A program made the position numbers and the translations under genes. The notes under the pieces are model-generated. The model made no database searches. It was not told the DNA's origin and saw nothing but the letters and a program-made list of their open reading frames with translations. From assembly GCF_001194135.2 (NCBI RefSeq), contig NC_068991.1, positions 42,620,071-42,684,070 on the forward strand: a stretch of 64,000 nucleotides of DNA, in the 5' to 3' direction. Of this stretch, positions 62,917-64,000 are shown piece after piece; position 1 is the first letter of the stretch; every line of letters starts with the position of its first letter. Source of the DNA: Octopus bimaculoides (Eukaryota).

Positions 62917-64000
62917 AAAACTATCGTGGCTTACTGAATAATAAAATACTGGCTTATTGTTGAAGAATGGTGAGTATGAACGTGGTTCTAGATAAAGTGT
63001 TGTAGGTCATTTATTTTCATCCTCTCAAGGAAAAAAGTGTAGGAATATTGCTGATGATACAAACATTGTAAAAAATTGCTTGTAGTACTCAGTTACAGTC
63101 AACTTAGCTATTCATTGTTCTGCCAGATAAACTAAAGGGTCAGTCGAGTACTGGGTTCAAATTAATCAAAGGTTAATTCTTCCAAAATGTATTGACAATG
63201 TTAGAAATTACTATGAATTGTAAATATTGGTACAAGTGTGGGTATGTACTAAAGAAATTCATTTCACAACCATGTGGTTTTGGGTTCAGCCCCCGCTGCA
63301 CAGCACCTTGGGCAAGTGTCTTCTACTGTAGCCCTGAGCTATAGTAGAAGACACTAGATGAAAACTGTGGATGCCTGTCATGTGTGTGTGTGTGTAAGGA
63401 AAATAAGACAAGGCAGAAAATGCTAAAATAATTTTATCATGAAAAACATTTTAGTATTACTTTCAGTCTTTGTGACTTTTTCAACTTAGAGTGAAGTATG
63501 AAAGACAATTAAATTGTGGAAAAATTAAATGAAATGTTTTTTTAAGATATTTCCATAGTTTTCAAATACTTGGGACATTTTCCTTTTTTCTGCCTCTCTC
63601 TCTCTTCTACTTTTGTGAAGGCTCAGTAGTTAAGTCAAAGCAGATATATATCTATATCTATATCTATACAAATTTAAAACAGAGATGTGTGTGTAATCGC
63701 TTATCACGTGAAAACGGCTTCAACATTTACTTCCATACTTGTGATGCATGAATAATTTGACCTCGGATAAATCTTAGGCTCTTCATTTGATTTTTTTTTT
63801 ATTAAGATAAATAATATTGCTTTATATTTAAGATTCACTTCTTTAAAAAGGTTCCTCAATGTCAACTTCCGGTAGCCATAGTTTTTTCTTCACTTTAACT
63901 TCAATCGTTACTGTTCGCACTAAAAGTTTAATCACATTTACTGATGTAAGTAATTTCATCATTTACTAACAGAAGTACGGTTTTGTGTTTCCCTGTTGCT

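Overview
AT-rich, microsatellite-dense animal genomic DNA with four N gaps. The SINE/LINE/MITE families resemble those I recall from Octopus genomes (inference, not a database result). One complete protein-coding gene can be built by hand on the + strand: a YIF1-family ER-Golgi membrane protein (YIF1A/B co-orthologue). It has 9 coding exons, 930 nt and 309 aa, spread over about 51.7 kb, with a 27.1-kb first intron and an 11.7-kb seventh intron. All junctions are GT-AG and phase-consistent; exon 1 is short, so its assignment is less certain. A second, unidentified gene may run leftwards on the - strand from the same promoter region. The rest is mostly transposon debris: three abundant retroposon families, RTE-like LINE fragments, a HERO-like restriction-endonuclease-type non-LTR element, a DD37D maT transposon, a SPIN/Buster-like hAT, several MITEs, a degenerate LTR element and a Penelope-like fragment with a hammerhead core. 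None of the supplied ORFs is a complete gene. The most unusual observations are an antisense U2 snRNA 5' fragment at the truncated 5' end of the HERO-like element, a GC-rich multi-hairpin module at the maT terminus, a 28-bp palindrome flanked by a perfect 8-bp duplication, and a second CpG-retaining island at YIF1 exon 2. Repeat boundaries were read by eye and are approximate.
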